DNA of 63,996 nucleotides, filler included, from Perkinsus olseni (Eukaryota): NCBI GenBank assembly GCA_013115125.1. It is 3 parts of 3 records of this genome, joined end to end, with 100 filler letters (N's around TTAATTAATTAA, not from the genome) between each part and the next. Parts side by side here need not be neighbours in the genome. Positions count along the whole stretch, not along the records: positions 45,483 to 63,996 come from JABANN010000613.1; 2 more parts are not named here. One strand, 5' to 3'. Shown piece by piece: positions 47,474 to 60,135 of this stretch (position 1 is its first letter; each line of letters starts with the position of its first letter). The notes under the pieces were generated by a model. It saw only the letters and a program-made list of their open reading frames with translations, ran no database searches and was not told where the DNA came from. The position numbers and the translations under genes were made by a program.

Positions 47474-48673
47474 TCAAGTCATCCGAAGGTGGCCGGAGAG
47501 CGAGAAGCGATTCTTGAAAAGTCGCATCAGAGCCGTGAAAATGACGGCCAACGACAACAGCGGTAACAAAACAACCACCACCATGCTACTTCCAGAACGG
47601 GTTTTATTATTATAATGATACAGAACATCTGACATGCTTGCTCGGCCTCGATACATGGCCGCCAGCTCTGAGCCATACAAAAATTTAACGCCAACCTCTT
47701 TAGTAGGAATACTTGTTAACGTTGCAATGGTGGGCTCAACTGAGGGTTGGGCTTTGCCGACTACAAGCATCTTGTCTCGGAACTCGTGATTTTGTGGTAT
47801 CTTCTCGAGGTTGTGCAAGGCCCATGAAAAAGAGCCGAAATTCGATTTGAGAGCAGCGGTGACGTTATTAGGTATCTTGACGTCGCTCTTGCCGTCGATA
47901 AGATCCCATCTGGTGGGGAAGTAGTCCTCGTAAAGCCCGCAAGCGTCGCTTTTGTTGTCACGGCAAGTGACGACCGTACTCGAGCCGAAGCCGAGGCAGT
48001 CTTTGCAAGGGTTACCAGGATCGGTGGACTGGAGGAGCTGGAAGACGTCGGCGTGGCAGGTGGACTCTTTGTAGTCGTGGACAACACGGAGCTCTTGAAC
48101 ATCACACCCGGCCCATTCATCAGGATCCAGTTCGGACCCGACGCCGTACTTGATGCCAGCCACACGATAGTAAGAGTCGGTGGGTAGGTGGTCCTTGAGG
48201 AGGGCTGCCATGTTCTGATGCTGCTGAGTGGCATGCTTCTGGAAGGCTTGTCGACAATGGCTCTGCATGATGGTGAGGTCGGCGTCGACATCCCATGGTA
48301 TGTGGCCTTTATCGTGTCGTTGCCAACCCAATAACGTACCGTCTATAATACTAGCGTCGATGCCCAACATATCCAATGCATGAGTAGTTGCATTAGTAAC
48401 CTCCGTCAGACATTTTAAAAAGTCTCCTCTCTTGTCAACTTCCATAAGCTCATCATAGTCCATACAAAGTGTACCATCAATAGTCACCTCCTCCGACGGC
48501 CATGATGATAGATCAACACCATCTGTTACATTCATCGGGCATAGGAATAGATTCTCCGACGGGGCAGTGGCGACCAACGCCTCAGCAAAGACCCGAATGA
48601 GGGGATGCTTGGTCGAAGCTGTGCCATCACAACACCCAAAAATGGTTAACAACGCGACGAAGGAATGTCGCAT
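47474..48673 (-). CDS. LicD/fukutin-family paralog
   Basis: Same motifs; signal peptide and C-terminal TM; intronless. Confidence 0.9.
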   Translation of the reverse strand: MRHSFVALLTIFGCCDGTASTKHPLIRVFAEALVATAPSENLFLCPMNVTDGVDLSSWPSEEVTIDGTLCMDYDELMEVDKRGDFLKCLTEVTNATTHALDMLGIDASIIDGTLLGWQRHDKGHIPWDVDADLTIMQSHCRQAFQKHATQQHQNMAALLKDHLPTDSYYRVAGIKYGVGSELDPDEWAGCDVQELRVVHDYKESTCHADVFQLLQSTDPGNPCKDCLGFGSSTVVTCRDNKSDACGLYEDYFPTRWDLIDGKSDVKIPNNVTAALKSNFGSFSWALHNLEKIPQNHEFRDKMLVVGKAQPSVEPTIATLTSIPTKEVGVKFLYGSELAAMYRGRASMSDVLYHYNNKTRSGSSMVVVVLLPLLSLAVIFTALMRLFKNRFSLSGHLRMT

Positions 48674-50027
48674 TTCTAACTAACGGGAAAGACTGCAAGG
48701 CCATTTCGGAAAGCACAAATTACCCGGTGCTTCAAAAACAGAAATTTTCGTTTTTTTCGGGTAAAGAGCTGACTTTACGATTTGAATCCAGGGCTTCCTT
48801 CATCCCCCGAATCTGAAAACACTCCTGGCCATCGTCGCAAATGCCGAGGCCGTGACATTGTGGTAACAGTACGACATTAATAACAAGGACACGAGCCCGA
48901 ACAATAACGTATTTGCCGTCGATTCAACGAGTTGCCGATTGAGGTAAGAAAAATGTAGTTCCTTTGCTATCTTTCACTTCACGATGAGAGCTTTCGATCT
49001 CTGGCCACTGGAAGACGCGACTTCTTTGCAATCCGAAAATTGTGAAAAGTGCAAGCCCGTTAAATACGGAAGCGTAAAAATGAGGTACGAGGGGACGTGG
49101 CCACTATGCCACGCCCGAGCGCGGCTCCCGACGGTCCACCGTTCTGGCGCCACATGGCAAGTTAATCAAAGTTTTCCACTTCTACCGGTACCGAAGGTGT
49201 GGTAGAATTAGCCTCTCCAGAAGCCACCTCAACACCAAGCTGTGATGATTGAGACATATTATTGTAAATATCAATCATACGAGTGGGAGTTAGCACTACG
49301 AAGTCGAGGACGATATCATACATGCAGTCAGCGACACAAAGAATGCAGCATCAAAAAAGGCGGCCACTATGCCATGCCCCGGTGCTGCTACCAAGGTTCC
49401 ATGGCTTTTGCGTCAGGTGGCATAGTGGTCTCGCTTTTTCTACGTTTTTTCGCTGTTACAGGCTGTAAATAAACGGGAAGAATACGATTTTGCGGAATTT
49501 TCCGGGATGAAAGAAAAATTGAAGGCTGAAGGATAGGCCTTCGTCGCTCGGAAGCCTCCACAGGAAGGGATGGCTCGATCGGGGTGTCCTCGGGAAACCG
49601 GTGTCGCTAAGGAGAGCTAACGTCGTTAGGTCAAGCAGTTCAGGCATCGCGGTGGTTGTTATCAGCACCATCAGGTTTACCTGTAGCCACAGTAAGGTTG
49701 GAAACCGCAGACCTCAATCGCTTCGGTACTATCAGTTTGAGAGAGACTTAGCGAAGTGCCTGATTTTTTCTAATGCACCACTAGTCACCCTCGCTCCATT
49801 TCACAAATTCAATCCCGTGCTTAGGACTATCCGGTACAGTGGAGGCTCAATAGGATAGGGAACAACCCGCCACTCTGTTGATGGTTCAGCTCCGGGTGAC
49901 CCCAGAGCGTACGTAGCGCGCGCCATTGTGATCGATTTGCTTCATCCCAGCGTACAGGTTGCCGTAAGGCGGGGACCTTGTTGAAAGGAGTGTTATATTG
50001 ATAGTTCTTCATTACTGACCACGTCCA

Positions 50028-53000
50028 ATGGCCAAGTCCACCTCTTCGGCTGGTAAACGGGCGCCGCCCAAAGGCTCTAAGAAAACAGCAGCAGTGAAGC
50101 CAGCGGCAATCTCGAAAAAGAAGACCACCACCACCAAGTCTGCTGTTCCTGCTGTTGCCTCGACAGGACTTACTCACGTATCCAGTATCACTTATAAAGA
50201 TCTTAAGGTCGGCACTCAAGTCATGGCGGCAGTGCAAGATATCTCGGCGGAGGCTCTCACGTTGGACCTGCCTTTCAATAAGATGGGCATTGTCAAAGGT
50301 ACTGCGGGGGAAGTGAGAATTTTGGAAAAGTTGGGAGAAATTTGGTATTAAATAGTGCTGGCGCTCTCAGGGGTGTCGAATATGGTGGATGAGGGTGATA
50401 TTAGCAAGCACATCAAGCAGGCTGGTGTGACGTTGAAGAGCTACAAACCCCAGCATAGATTCCGCAGGGGTCAGCTCGTCACCGCTGCTGTTGTCGCGAA
50501 CGACGGCAGTGGTAGAGAGGTATCAATAATTGCAGGATTTGGATAACGTAGGCCGGCGTGCTTGCCAGGGGTCAGTGCAGCTATCGCTGTTGCCTTCCGT
50601 GCTCAACGCTGGTCTCAACTCGAAGAACCTCCGACCTCGCATGTGGTTACCCGCCTCTGTGCTCACGGAGGAGGCCCACGGGTAGGATGGCGGCGAAATG
50701 TGGTATCTGTTGTGGTATCGCCGCTGGACAGATACGTTTTGAGTTTCGGCATCGAGGGGGTTACGGGCTTCCTGAAGAAGAGCGAACTGCCTGCTCAGAA
50801 GGATGGGGTGGAGGCGATCAAGGGAGACAATCCTCAGCTAGAGGTGTCAGTAAAGGACAACGACGCGCCGGCGCCGGAGCAGGTGGGGAGAATTGATAGG
50901 GGCTTGGGTTGGTGACGGGTAATTCCCAAAATCCCCGGTGGGAAAGTAAAAATCGTACGGAAGCAGCTTCGGGGTTCTCGTTGCCCTGCCGGGTTTTGGG
51001 AGGGCTTTCCGGCTTTACCCGCGCAACGGGTTTTTCTGTAGCCTCAGCCTGCTTGCCGCGCGCACTTCCTTGGATTTTGCCCCCCCCCCACCCGGTCGTT
51101 GCCTCAGATGAAGCTGGGGACGTTGGTGTACGTACGCGTACTTGATAAGGATCCTTCGAAAAAGACGAGCCTTCAGTGTAGTGCTAAGGCGGGTAATGTG
51201 GAGGAAGAGGATAGAATTGGTAGGTGGTGGGATAGAACCGGGGACCTAACGTGTAACATGTAGGGAACAGCACCAGTTCAGCTGTGAAGATGAACCTGTT
51301 GAAGGTTGGCACACCTGTAGAGGCTAAGGTCTCTCATATATGCATACCGATCCAACCAGGAGCTCCCAAGAAGAAGGCCAGCAAGAAGAGCGCTGGCATA
51401 CAAGTCGAGTTCATGGGACCCCTCAAGGGTAACTTGGCCCTCTCAAAATCGACCTCCCGCAAGTACCATCATCCTCAGGCGTGATCCATCAATACCACCT
51501 TCTCCACCCTATCCTCAGTGAAACTGAGATGACCATGTCTACCAACCTGAAGGTATTGGTCTCGGTGGCGTCTCGTCGTGGATGGTCCTCTTCCTTGATA
51601 GGTCGGCCAGTCCCTGTCGGCGAGGGTCCTGGCGGTTTTGGCGGACCCGTCGTCTCATGCGAGCGCTGTATACTTGACGCTGCTGCCGAATCTCATCGGT
51701 TGGAAGAGCGTGCAGAGTCAGGTGGAGCCGGGCTCGACGATCGAGGTAGAGTTGCCGATGGAGTGGTATTGGTATTTTATTGTTCTTTAGGCTGCCCGCG
51801 TTATTGACGTTATACCGAAGGACTGTACGCGTTTCGTCGGGGGTGGGAATCTTATGGTGGCCCACGCGACACGTTGCAGTTTGCCATATAGACAGCCGGG
51901 CGCTGTTGGGAAGAAGACAGACGTCAGAGCTTTGGGCTCGAATCTACTCGAGATGTCCATCCAAGTGAGCTGTTCCGTATCTTCCTCGGGTCAACCTTGG
52001 ATACCCCTCGCCAGGTCAGCGCCGAGGAGAAGGTTCTGGCGGCTTCTGTGGTGAATCTCCAACAAGTTGCGGTTGGTATGGTATTCGACAAAGCCGTTAT
52101 TGAGCACTTCGATAACGAGAAGGGCCTCATCGTCAGCCTCAGTGATTTCGTCACCGGAAGAGTACCGAAGGAGCAATGCACTGACCAGGGCAACCAGAGG
52201 AAGCTTCCGAAGAGATACACCAAGGAGAAGGCGGAGGTCCGAGTTAGGGTGCTCAACGTCGACCCTGTGAGGCGACAGGTAGTATTATTGAGCATACCAC
52301 ACCTTTCGTAACTCGTCTCGCAGGTTACTCTCACTGCCAAGAAGTCCCTCGTTGGCCGGCCTGACTCTGATGAGGAACCGCCCCGCGCTTTGACTAGGAA
52401 CGCTGATGCCGCTGTTGGCGACATTCTTGTCGGTTACGTCAGCAAGATCCTCGACCATGGTGGTTGCATCGTCAAGTTCTTCGGCGAGGCTTTCGGTTTG
52501 CTTCCGATCGTCAGCGAGGGCTGCGCCCATGAAGGGGCGTTGGTGAGGGTGAGGGTGGTCAGCAAGAATGATTCGCCCGAGGGAACCAGGCTGAGGCTGC
52601 AGCACGTTAGTGGGATGGAGGACACGGTTATGGGGGAGATCACGAAGGTTGGCGATGTCCTTGATGTTGAGGCTGTTGAGGGGCCCGCTAAGTGCAGCGG
52701 AGGTCGACAGGGTGTTAAGATACGCTGCGTAGGAGGTGTGGATGTTATGGTACCAGTAATGCAGCTGGCAGACGATCCGGATATGGCGGTGGCTGTGATG
52801 GAGCGCGTTGAGAAAAAGCAAGATTTGCAAGATTTCCCCTTGCCTAGGGTGTTGGTCACTGCTGTATTGAACGACGGAACCACAGAGGGAACGTGCAAAC
52901 CCGTTTTGGTTGAAGATGAGAAGTACAGAGAGTTGCTCGGAATTAGCAAGGAGGAGATTCCCGCCAAGATCAAGGTGGGTGAGGGTCTGGTCGGCTTCGT

Positions 53001-56000
53001 GTCGAACGTGACGACCTTCGGGGCCTTCGTCCGAGTGGGCGGTGTGTCTGGTCTGGTTCCCAAGCCCAAGCTGGCTGAGGGATTCGTCGAGGAGGTATCG
53101 GAAGCGGTGGAGGTTGGCCAGACCGTCACCACTGCTGTTGTCGCATCTGTGGACGCTGAGAGGAACATGTTTAAGATGGACATGCAACCCCGAGCGGTTG
53201 CTGGTGTTGCCGAACTGGGTGCTCGCGAGGAGCTCCGGGCGAAGTCGAAGTTGCTGTTGGAAGCGTGGCTAGGGGGAGAGAAGCTTCCGAAGAGGAGCGA
53301 GGTGATAGAAGCGAAGGTTGACAAGAAGAAGCCGTATGGGTGGATGCTCGAGCTGACGAAATTTGGTGACGCCGCAGGGTTGCTGTTGAAGATGGGCGCT
53401 GATGACGTGGAGACTGGCAGCAGCTTGAAGGTGAAGGTGGTGGACGTGGATGTTGTGAGATCGGTCGTGTATGCGTGCAAATTCGACGAGGATGCTCATA
53501 CCACACGCAAGCGAAATCGCAGCGAGGGAGGATCCGAGGTTGAAGCGAAGGTTATGTCCACCAGGGCTGGCTATAGTACAGTAATGACGGGCTCGGGAGA
53601 GGTCCTGCTGGTTGCCAGTGGTACTAAGAGCCTCGGCGTAGAAGATACCGTGAAGGTTCGATCGAGCTCGGAGGCGGGCGTGGGCGTGCTTGTCCATGAG
53701 AGTCCTAAGGCGAAGAAGGCTCGTCGGTCGGCGGGTGAGGGTGGCAGTTTCGCTGCGGACGTGTCTGTTGTTGAGGATGTTGAGGAGCTGGTGGAGGGCA
53801 AGGAGCTCTCGATGGAGGTAGATGGGCGCAGGTTCGATCCCGGCATGTTGTATTTTTTTAATATTAGGTTGTTGGTCACTCTCCGACTCGAGTCATTCTC
53901 GTGGCTGCCCCTAATATCCGGGCAACTATGCATGTTGCTCACTGCCGTCCTGGAGCGGAAGGAAAGCTCGTTAAAGAGTAAGAAGCGAACTCGCCGAGAA
54001 TTGAACCAGAGTCCTCCGGTGTGTTGAGCTTGGCCACTATCCTGTTAACCTGTAGATATCCTGTCGGCTCGGTGGTTCCTGTCCGGGTGGTGGGATCGTC
54101 CCGCATCGCGGCCTTCTCGGCTACCGGGGTCAGTCAGTGGAACATCAGCGTGAGGGACCCTAAGAGTGATAAGGAGGCCTGCAAGGTGGGCGAAGGAGGG
54201 GCGAGGCCGGGCTTTGACTCTGCCGTTTCTCAGCTGTACAAGTGGAACGCCTCCTCCCTCTGCGCTGCGCCTTTGGTTGGTTGCGCTGTCTCCGCGGTGA
54301 ACGATGATGAGATGTTCATAACGGTTGATATCCCCGGCGTGGAGATGAGCTCACATACGCAGCTGGAAGCTGGCAAGCTAGGCAGCATGACCAAGGCGCA
54401 AAAGGCTAAGTACGTTAGGGCGGACGGTTATAGTGCGAAAGGGCGTGGGTTCGATTCCTGGGACATGCAAGCGACTTTATTGCGCGTAGGTTCTTCCGTC
54501 AGCATTTGGGTGACCACGATACTGCCAACAGCTACTGCAAGGTGAGGACCACACGACGTATCCAAGGTTAAAGCGCGTTCGTTTCAGGTGATGGTCGGCA
54601 AGCTCAGGGCTGTGGACCTGCCCAAGCCCGTTGAGGAGTACAAGTTGGGACATGTGCTGAGCAAAGAGGAGGTGAAGGCCTTTGAGGTGGTGACCAAGAA
54701 GAAGGTAGAGTTGACTGCCGTTGAGGAGGTAATGCTGACAGGATTTGGGGTGAATTTGGTATACAAGCACACCCGTTGCGCAGGTGAAGGAGGGATCCAT
54801 CGTCACTACTGCGCGAGTCTCCAGTAACAAGTCGGCCGCTATTCAACGTATCTTGGAGCTTCCTGGTGGCCATAAGGGAAGAATCCATGCGACCATGGCA
54901 TGCGATGATTGGAGGGCGAAGTAGTTGAGGGAGGAATAGAACCAGGGGTCTTTAGGTGGATAACCTTCGGCTCTACTGCCTGAGCAAGATGACAGTGTTA
55001 TTTTATTCAGTCCTCTGTCGCCCCTAACGCCGGGTATGCTAGCACCAGCGGTTCGAGTGATCAGCCTTGGCAGCGGCCGCACTCCCACTGAGCTCTGCCT
55101 CAAGTCGATCAGTCGAGCGCATGTGAAGGCTCTCCCTAAGGGAGCTAAGGACCTCAAGGAAGGAGGAAAGGTGAGCCTGGTTCAAATCCCGGCAGCGACA
55201 TTTCTTTGTACAATAATTGATCAGATATCTGGTTATGTGGCCAGCGTGAGCTCCTCGGGACTATTCGTCGCGCTGTCGCCGTGGCTGACCGGAAGGGTCT
55301 TGCTGGGCAACGTAGCGGAGCATCCCGTGACGCCCGAGGAGGCCGGAAAATTGTACTACCAATTCATACCAACTTTTTCTCAAATCTTTGCCTTGTTCAG
55401 GTACCCCGTTGGCACTGCTGTGAGGGACATATCGATCACCTCTGTGGACGTGACCAAGAATCAGGTAAGGCGGAGCGAAGCTTTGGTCTGTTTTTTTTCA
55501 TATTTTCGGGCCAGGTCGGCTTGGCGATTGTTAACAAGGACAAGAGTCAGATCTCCGAGGTTGAGGAAGGCGCTATTATGTACGGCCAAGTGTCTCGAAA
55601 GGACAAGGAAGGCAAGGGCCTCTTCGTAAGCGTGGGACTTCGAGTTTTCCGGCGATTATCGGAGGCACAGGTTCGAATCTCGGGTACGGGAGGTCGTCAC
55701 GGCTACTGTTCTGCCAAGGATTTGTTCGACGGCAAGGGAGATGCTAAGGCACTTAAGGCGGCTGTTGGGAGCTACAAGGTGGTAAACTCGTTACGTACTG
55801 TGCCTTGAGTGCGCTGTGCTTCGACTGGTTTTCTGGAGGGTCGTAATGGTAGTACTGGTTATGTGAGATTGTGTGCTTAAAAAAGAAGATGAATGCATCG
55901 AATGAAGGTCTTCACGATAGGAGATGTAGAATGGGCCCGGGAGAGTATCGCGATTTGTGGTAGGTCGGCACGAAGGTCCGTTGCCGTATTCTCTCGGTGA

Positions 56001-59000
56001 AGGATGATGGGAAAATTGATATTGGATTGGCAAAGAAGTACTTCCCTGAGGATGATGCTGTGGCGGAGGAGGTTGAGGAAGAGGAGGAGGATAGTGATGA
56101 TGAGGACGTGGAGATGGAAGAGGAAATCCCTGAGGTGGTTAGGATTGCTGGTTGTTTACCGGATAGTCCTGGGTTCGAACCTGCCGGCTGTATTTTTCTG
56201 TTTCTTCAGGCTAGCGATGCACCCTCTCCTTCGGTTGAGGTAAGCGAAGAGGAGGAGGAGGATGATGACGCTGTTGAGGATGTTTCCGAGGGTACTAATG
56301 GCCAGTGAGCTGATGGACTTAACGTAAATTATTCATACCAGTACCGCCAGGAGTCGCATTGCGTTGTCATTCCCTTTGGGTATTTCGTGGCGCGCGGTAA
56401 TGCTGCTCTTACTCAGAAGGCGAGGATGAAGGGGAAGTCGGCCAATTCGGGTTCGCGGAGGCCGAAAAGTTCGCCGAGGAAGAGGAATATGATGAGGATG
56501 ATGATGCAGAGGAGAAGGTGACGCTTGGGGCGTTCTGGACAGCGGCTACCGTGGCGGGTGGTGATAACTGATAGAATTTGCGGTAGAAAGAAGTTCACTG
56601 TTTCTCGGAAACAGTATCCTGCGGAAAAGCATAGTGATGTTGTTTTGTGTCTTGACTCCCTCGGTCGATCGGAACCGTCCTGCTGATATTTGCCTGGTCG
56701 ATCCCGTCGATTGTATTTCAGGAAGAGGAGGCAGAGAGCGGCAGTCCTTCCGCAGCGCCGGCGCATGATGCTATGGAGGACAGTGATGTTAGTGAGGATG
56801 AGGAAGAGCAGAAAACTGGTAGTAGTAGTACTGATGTCGACGATGATTGGTTGTTGAATATATCTGTATTATAGATTGGTTGTTATAGGGAGTATCTTTG
56901 ATAAGCAGAGGTTCGACCTTTTCTTCACGTCATAGCTGTGCTGCGCGCTTGTTGGTGGCCGGTTCTCCGCAGTCGCGCTTTGTTCTCTTCGTACTCCCGA
57001 CTCGCAAGCAGGTCGTTCGCCTCAGGTTCTGGGAAAAAGTCCGCTCGTCAGAAAGCTCGGGAACGAAGAGAGCGGGAAAAGGAGACGAGAGAGGTCGAGT
57101 TGGCCAACGCCAGCGGTGACTGGAAGAGGAACCCTCGCGGCCCGGATGACTTCGAGCGACTGGTACTTCATGCCAGCCGTTGGTTGATTGTGCGAGCTCT
57201 TCCTGTAGGTGTTGATGTCCTGTAGCGCCTCCTCTTCGACCTCGGATATGCCGAGTGCCTCAGAGGTCTGGATACAGTACATGGGGTACTGGATGCAGAT
57301 GGCCGAGGTTCAGCGGGCTCGGGAGTGCGCAGAGAGAGGTAGTATGGTCGGTGGTGAAGAAGGAGGGTTACATAGCAACTGCGGCCTAGGGGAGGGTGAT
57401 GGCACTATCTTATTGCTGTAGTGTCAGATGAAGCGACTAGATTATTTGTCTTGAGGGAAACAGATGCCAGATCTACTTAGTATCAATCAAAAAGGAGGGC
57501 GTTATCATTAATTGGTGCTCTTTGGGCGCGCTGTCTCGCCCTGCTTGATTGAGGCCATTGATGAAGAGGCTACCTGGTTCCTCGATAACAATGATCGGTC
57601 ATTCCTTGTAGATGAAACAATTTAATCTCTCTCGATGGAACTTCAAAAATTGTATCCAACTGTGTTTGCGTTTCTGATATTATTATCGTCTTCTCAGGTA
57701 TCAAGCAGCGACTAGGTTTCCGCGACGAGCAGGACAGGTTGAACTTGTGGATTGCGTACCTGAACTTGGAGGCTCATGTAGAGCGGAGAGCAAGGGAGGA
57801 AGTCGCGGGAGGTTTCTGCTGTTGTAGATATGCGTTGAGGGTGGACGGAAAAAGGAGGCCTTGAAGAGGGTCGAGGATCTTTTTAAGAGGGCCGCGAGCT
57901 ACAATAATGCGAAGAAAGTGTAATATCGGCGGAGGGTGGTATTTTTGCCTCGGAAAGAACAAAATTCTGTGGCACTCGGTAGCCTGTAGCGGACAATGAT
58001 GCGAAGTGGTATTATTTTACAGCGATAAGTTATCACCAAAAATCTCGAGACATTTTTCGAATTATCATTGATAACGATGTCCAGAAATTTCTAGATTCGG
58101 GAATGATGCTTTATTGATGCAGATCCATTCGAAATCGTGAACCACAGTGTTGATCGTAATTCGGGATGAGCTTCTATAGGTTCACGAGGAGTGGGCTATT
58201 ATCCTTGTGTATGCTCTTCCTCAGCCAGCGTTCAGAATATTGAAATTTGATATGTATCAAACGCGAGGACATCGCGACGCGTTTGAAGAACTGCTCGGCG
58301 GCCCTTACCATACTTGTCGTATCTTGGTCCGTGTTCTCAGACATATGGCGATGTGTGACGTGTGGTCCCGGGCGGGCGCGGATGATCTGACCTTGGAGGT
58401 CTACAAGAGGACCGCTGAGAAGTTCGGTCATTCGAAGAAGGTGTGGATGAAGTACCTCGAGTAAGCTAGGAAACGGCCGAGGTGAGCTCCTTCGAGAATT
58501 GGTGTTGTTTTCAGGTTCCTGTATTCTACCGGCAAGCTGTCTGAGGCGCGTCAGAACTGCCTACCGCGAGCCCTGAGGTTGACTGATAAGAGAAAACATG
58601 TAGTGGGGCGCGCGGAGTGATCGGGGCCATCCGCTTTAGGAGGATAAGTCATATATCAACATAGATCAGAGGTCAAGGGGATCAAAAGTTTTATAGTTTT
58701 GGCTCTCAATCGAACCTCGGCTACACCGTTTCAGGCAGACAGCCGTTTCAAGATACGAGTATCTTTGCGCATCTTGCGATGCATCGCACAGGGGGAGGGG
58801 TGGAGGCTGGGTCGAGGAGGCACCGCTTGCTCTGAAAAATTTACGTAAAAATGTGAACCTTGAGCTTCTCGGTGAGGCTGTCACCTTCCCTGAAACTGCA
58901 AAGAAGGAGCGATTGGTTTTGGAGATCTTGAATCGTCGATTTGCAAGCCCGACGATGAGCCATCTAGATCGAGAGCTGCTCTGCTGTCGACCTTCCGGGC

Positions 59001-60135
59001 ACCTGTGTTTGTCGTGTACTGATGAGCGGAGCGAAGTTTTTTTTAGTCTCTTATTGCCACGAGAGCGGCCAAGTTGGAGTATAAGTACGGCACGGTAGAA
59101 AGAGGGAAGACGATCTTCGAATCCTTGCTTGCTGTAAGAGTGATGATCGAACTACGTTTTTGCATTTTCCTGGTGTTATAGTCGCAACCGAAGCGATTGG
59201 ACATCTGGTCGGTGTACCTGGACGAACACATCAACGCTAACAAGGAGGATCCTGACGCTGTGAGATCGGTCTTTGACAGAGCCGTTACGTTGAAGTAGGG
59301 AGAAGTGTGGTACTGAATTTGGAGAGAGCGTATCTTAGGTTGAAGCCTGCGAAGATGAAGTTTTTCTTCAAGCGTTGGGTTAACTTTGAGCAATCCTATG
59401 GTGACGCGGAGCATCTTGATCTTGTTAAGGAGAAGGCACGAGAGTGAGTCGGGTGGAGAAGGCTTTCCTATTTCGAGTATGCGAAGAGCTGAGTGCTGAA
59501 CGCCGACTGATTGGGAATACAGCACCGGGAGTTTGCCGGCTGGCTTCGAGACAGGATTCCGGACTGGATAGATGGACGGAAGATGCCACACTCCAGAATC
59601 TGGATTGTATTTTTGGATCAACTGTGTGTTTGTCGTCGGCGACTTAGCTTCGCTTCAGCCTAGATTTTCATAGGAGAAAGATGGGAAAAGCCTGAATGTG
59701 TCAATAGGAGTGTTGGCGCTTCCACCTTCGATGGCTCCTCTCTGTTCGGTGTAGTACTAGTGCCGAGGAGTGCAACAACGTTACAAGTTGCACGTTCGCG
59801 AGGCGACTCGCGCCGCTTCACCTCTATGGATGCTATGCTGCTTTTACATGAACACAAATAGCTATGAATGGTCACAGAAATGATACATGGTCTTTACGTG
59901 AGAGAATTATTCTTTTTTCGGCGTTATCACCCAAACCTGTAATGCATGATGCTGATTACTCTGAGTACAGTAGGAACAGATGCTACCAGCGCTATCAAAT
60001 TGATTGTGTGTCTTCATCATCAGCATCATACTCGGGGAGGTGGATGGCGGATGGCTGTTGTCATTTTTCCGCAGGTATGTGATGGCCCTCGAGAAGAGTC
60101 GAAGAGCCGATGATATTGGGGAAGAGGAAGACTGA
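50028..60135 (+). CDS. RRP5: rRNA biogenesis protein RRP5 (multiple S1 domains + C-terminal HAT/TPR repeats), many introns
   Basis: S1 domains (GFVSNVTTFGAFVRVGGVSGLVPK), acidic linker, PRGPDDFER, WIQYMGY, RLNLWIAYLNLE, GKTIFESLL, PKRLDIWSVYLD, KMKFFFKRWVNFE; last exon EYVMALEK...EEED*. Confidence 0.93.

Noticed and set aside
52285-53697. Long antisense ORFs opposite RRP5 (also opposite transporters, LicD and ATP alpha)
   Set aside because: Shadow ORFs caused by codon bias of the real genes.
57339-60074. C/D snoRNAs in the long RRP5 introns
   Set aside because: TGATGA and CTGA words are present, but I could not identify terminal stems or rRNA-complementary guides; needs snoscan or Infernal.
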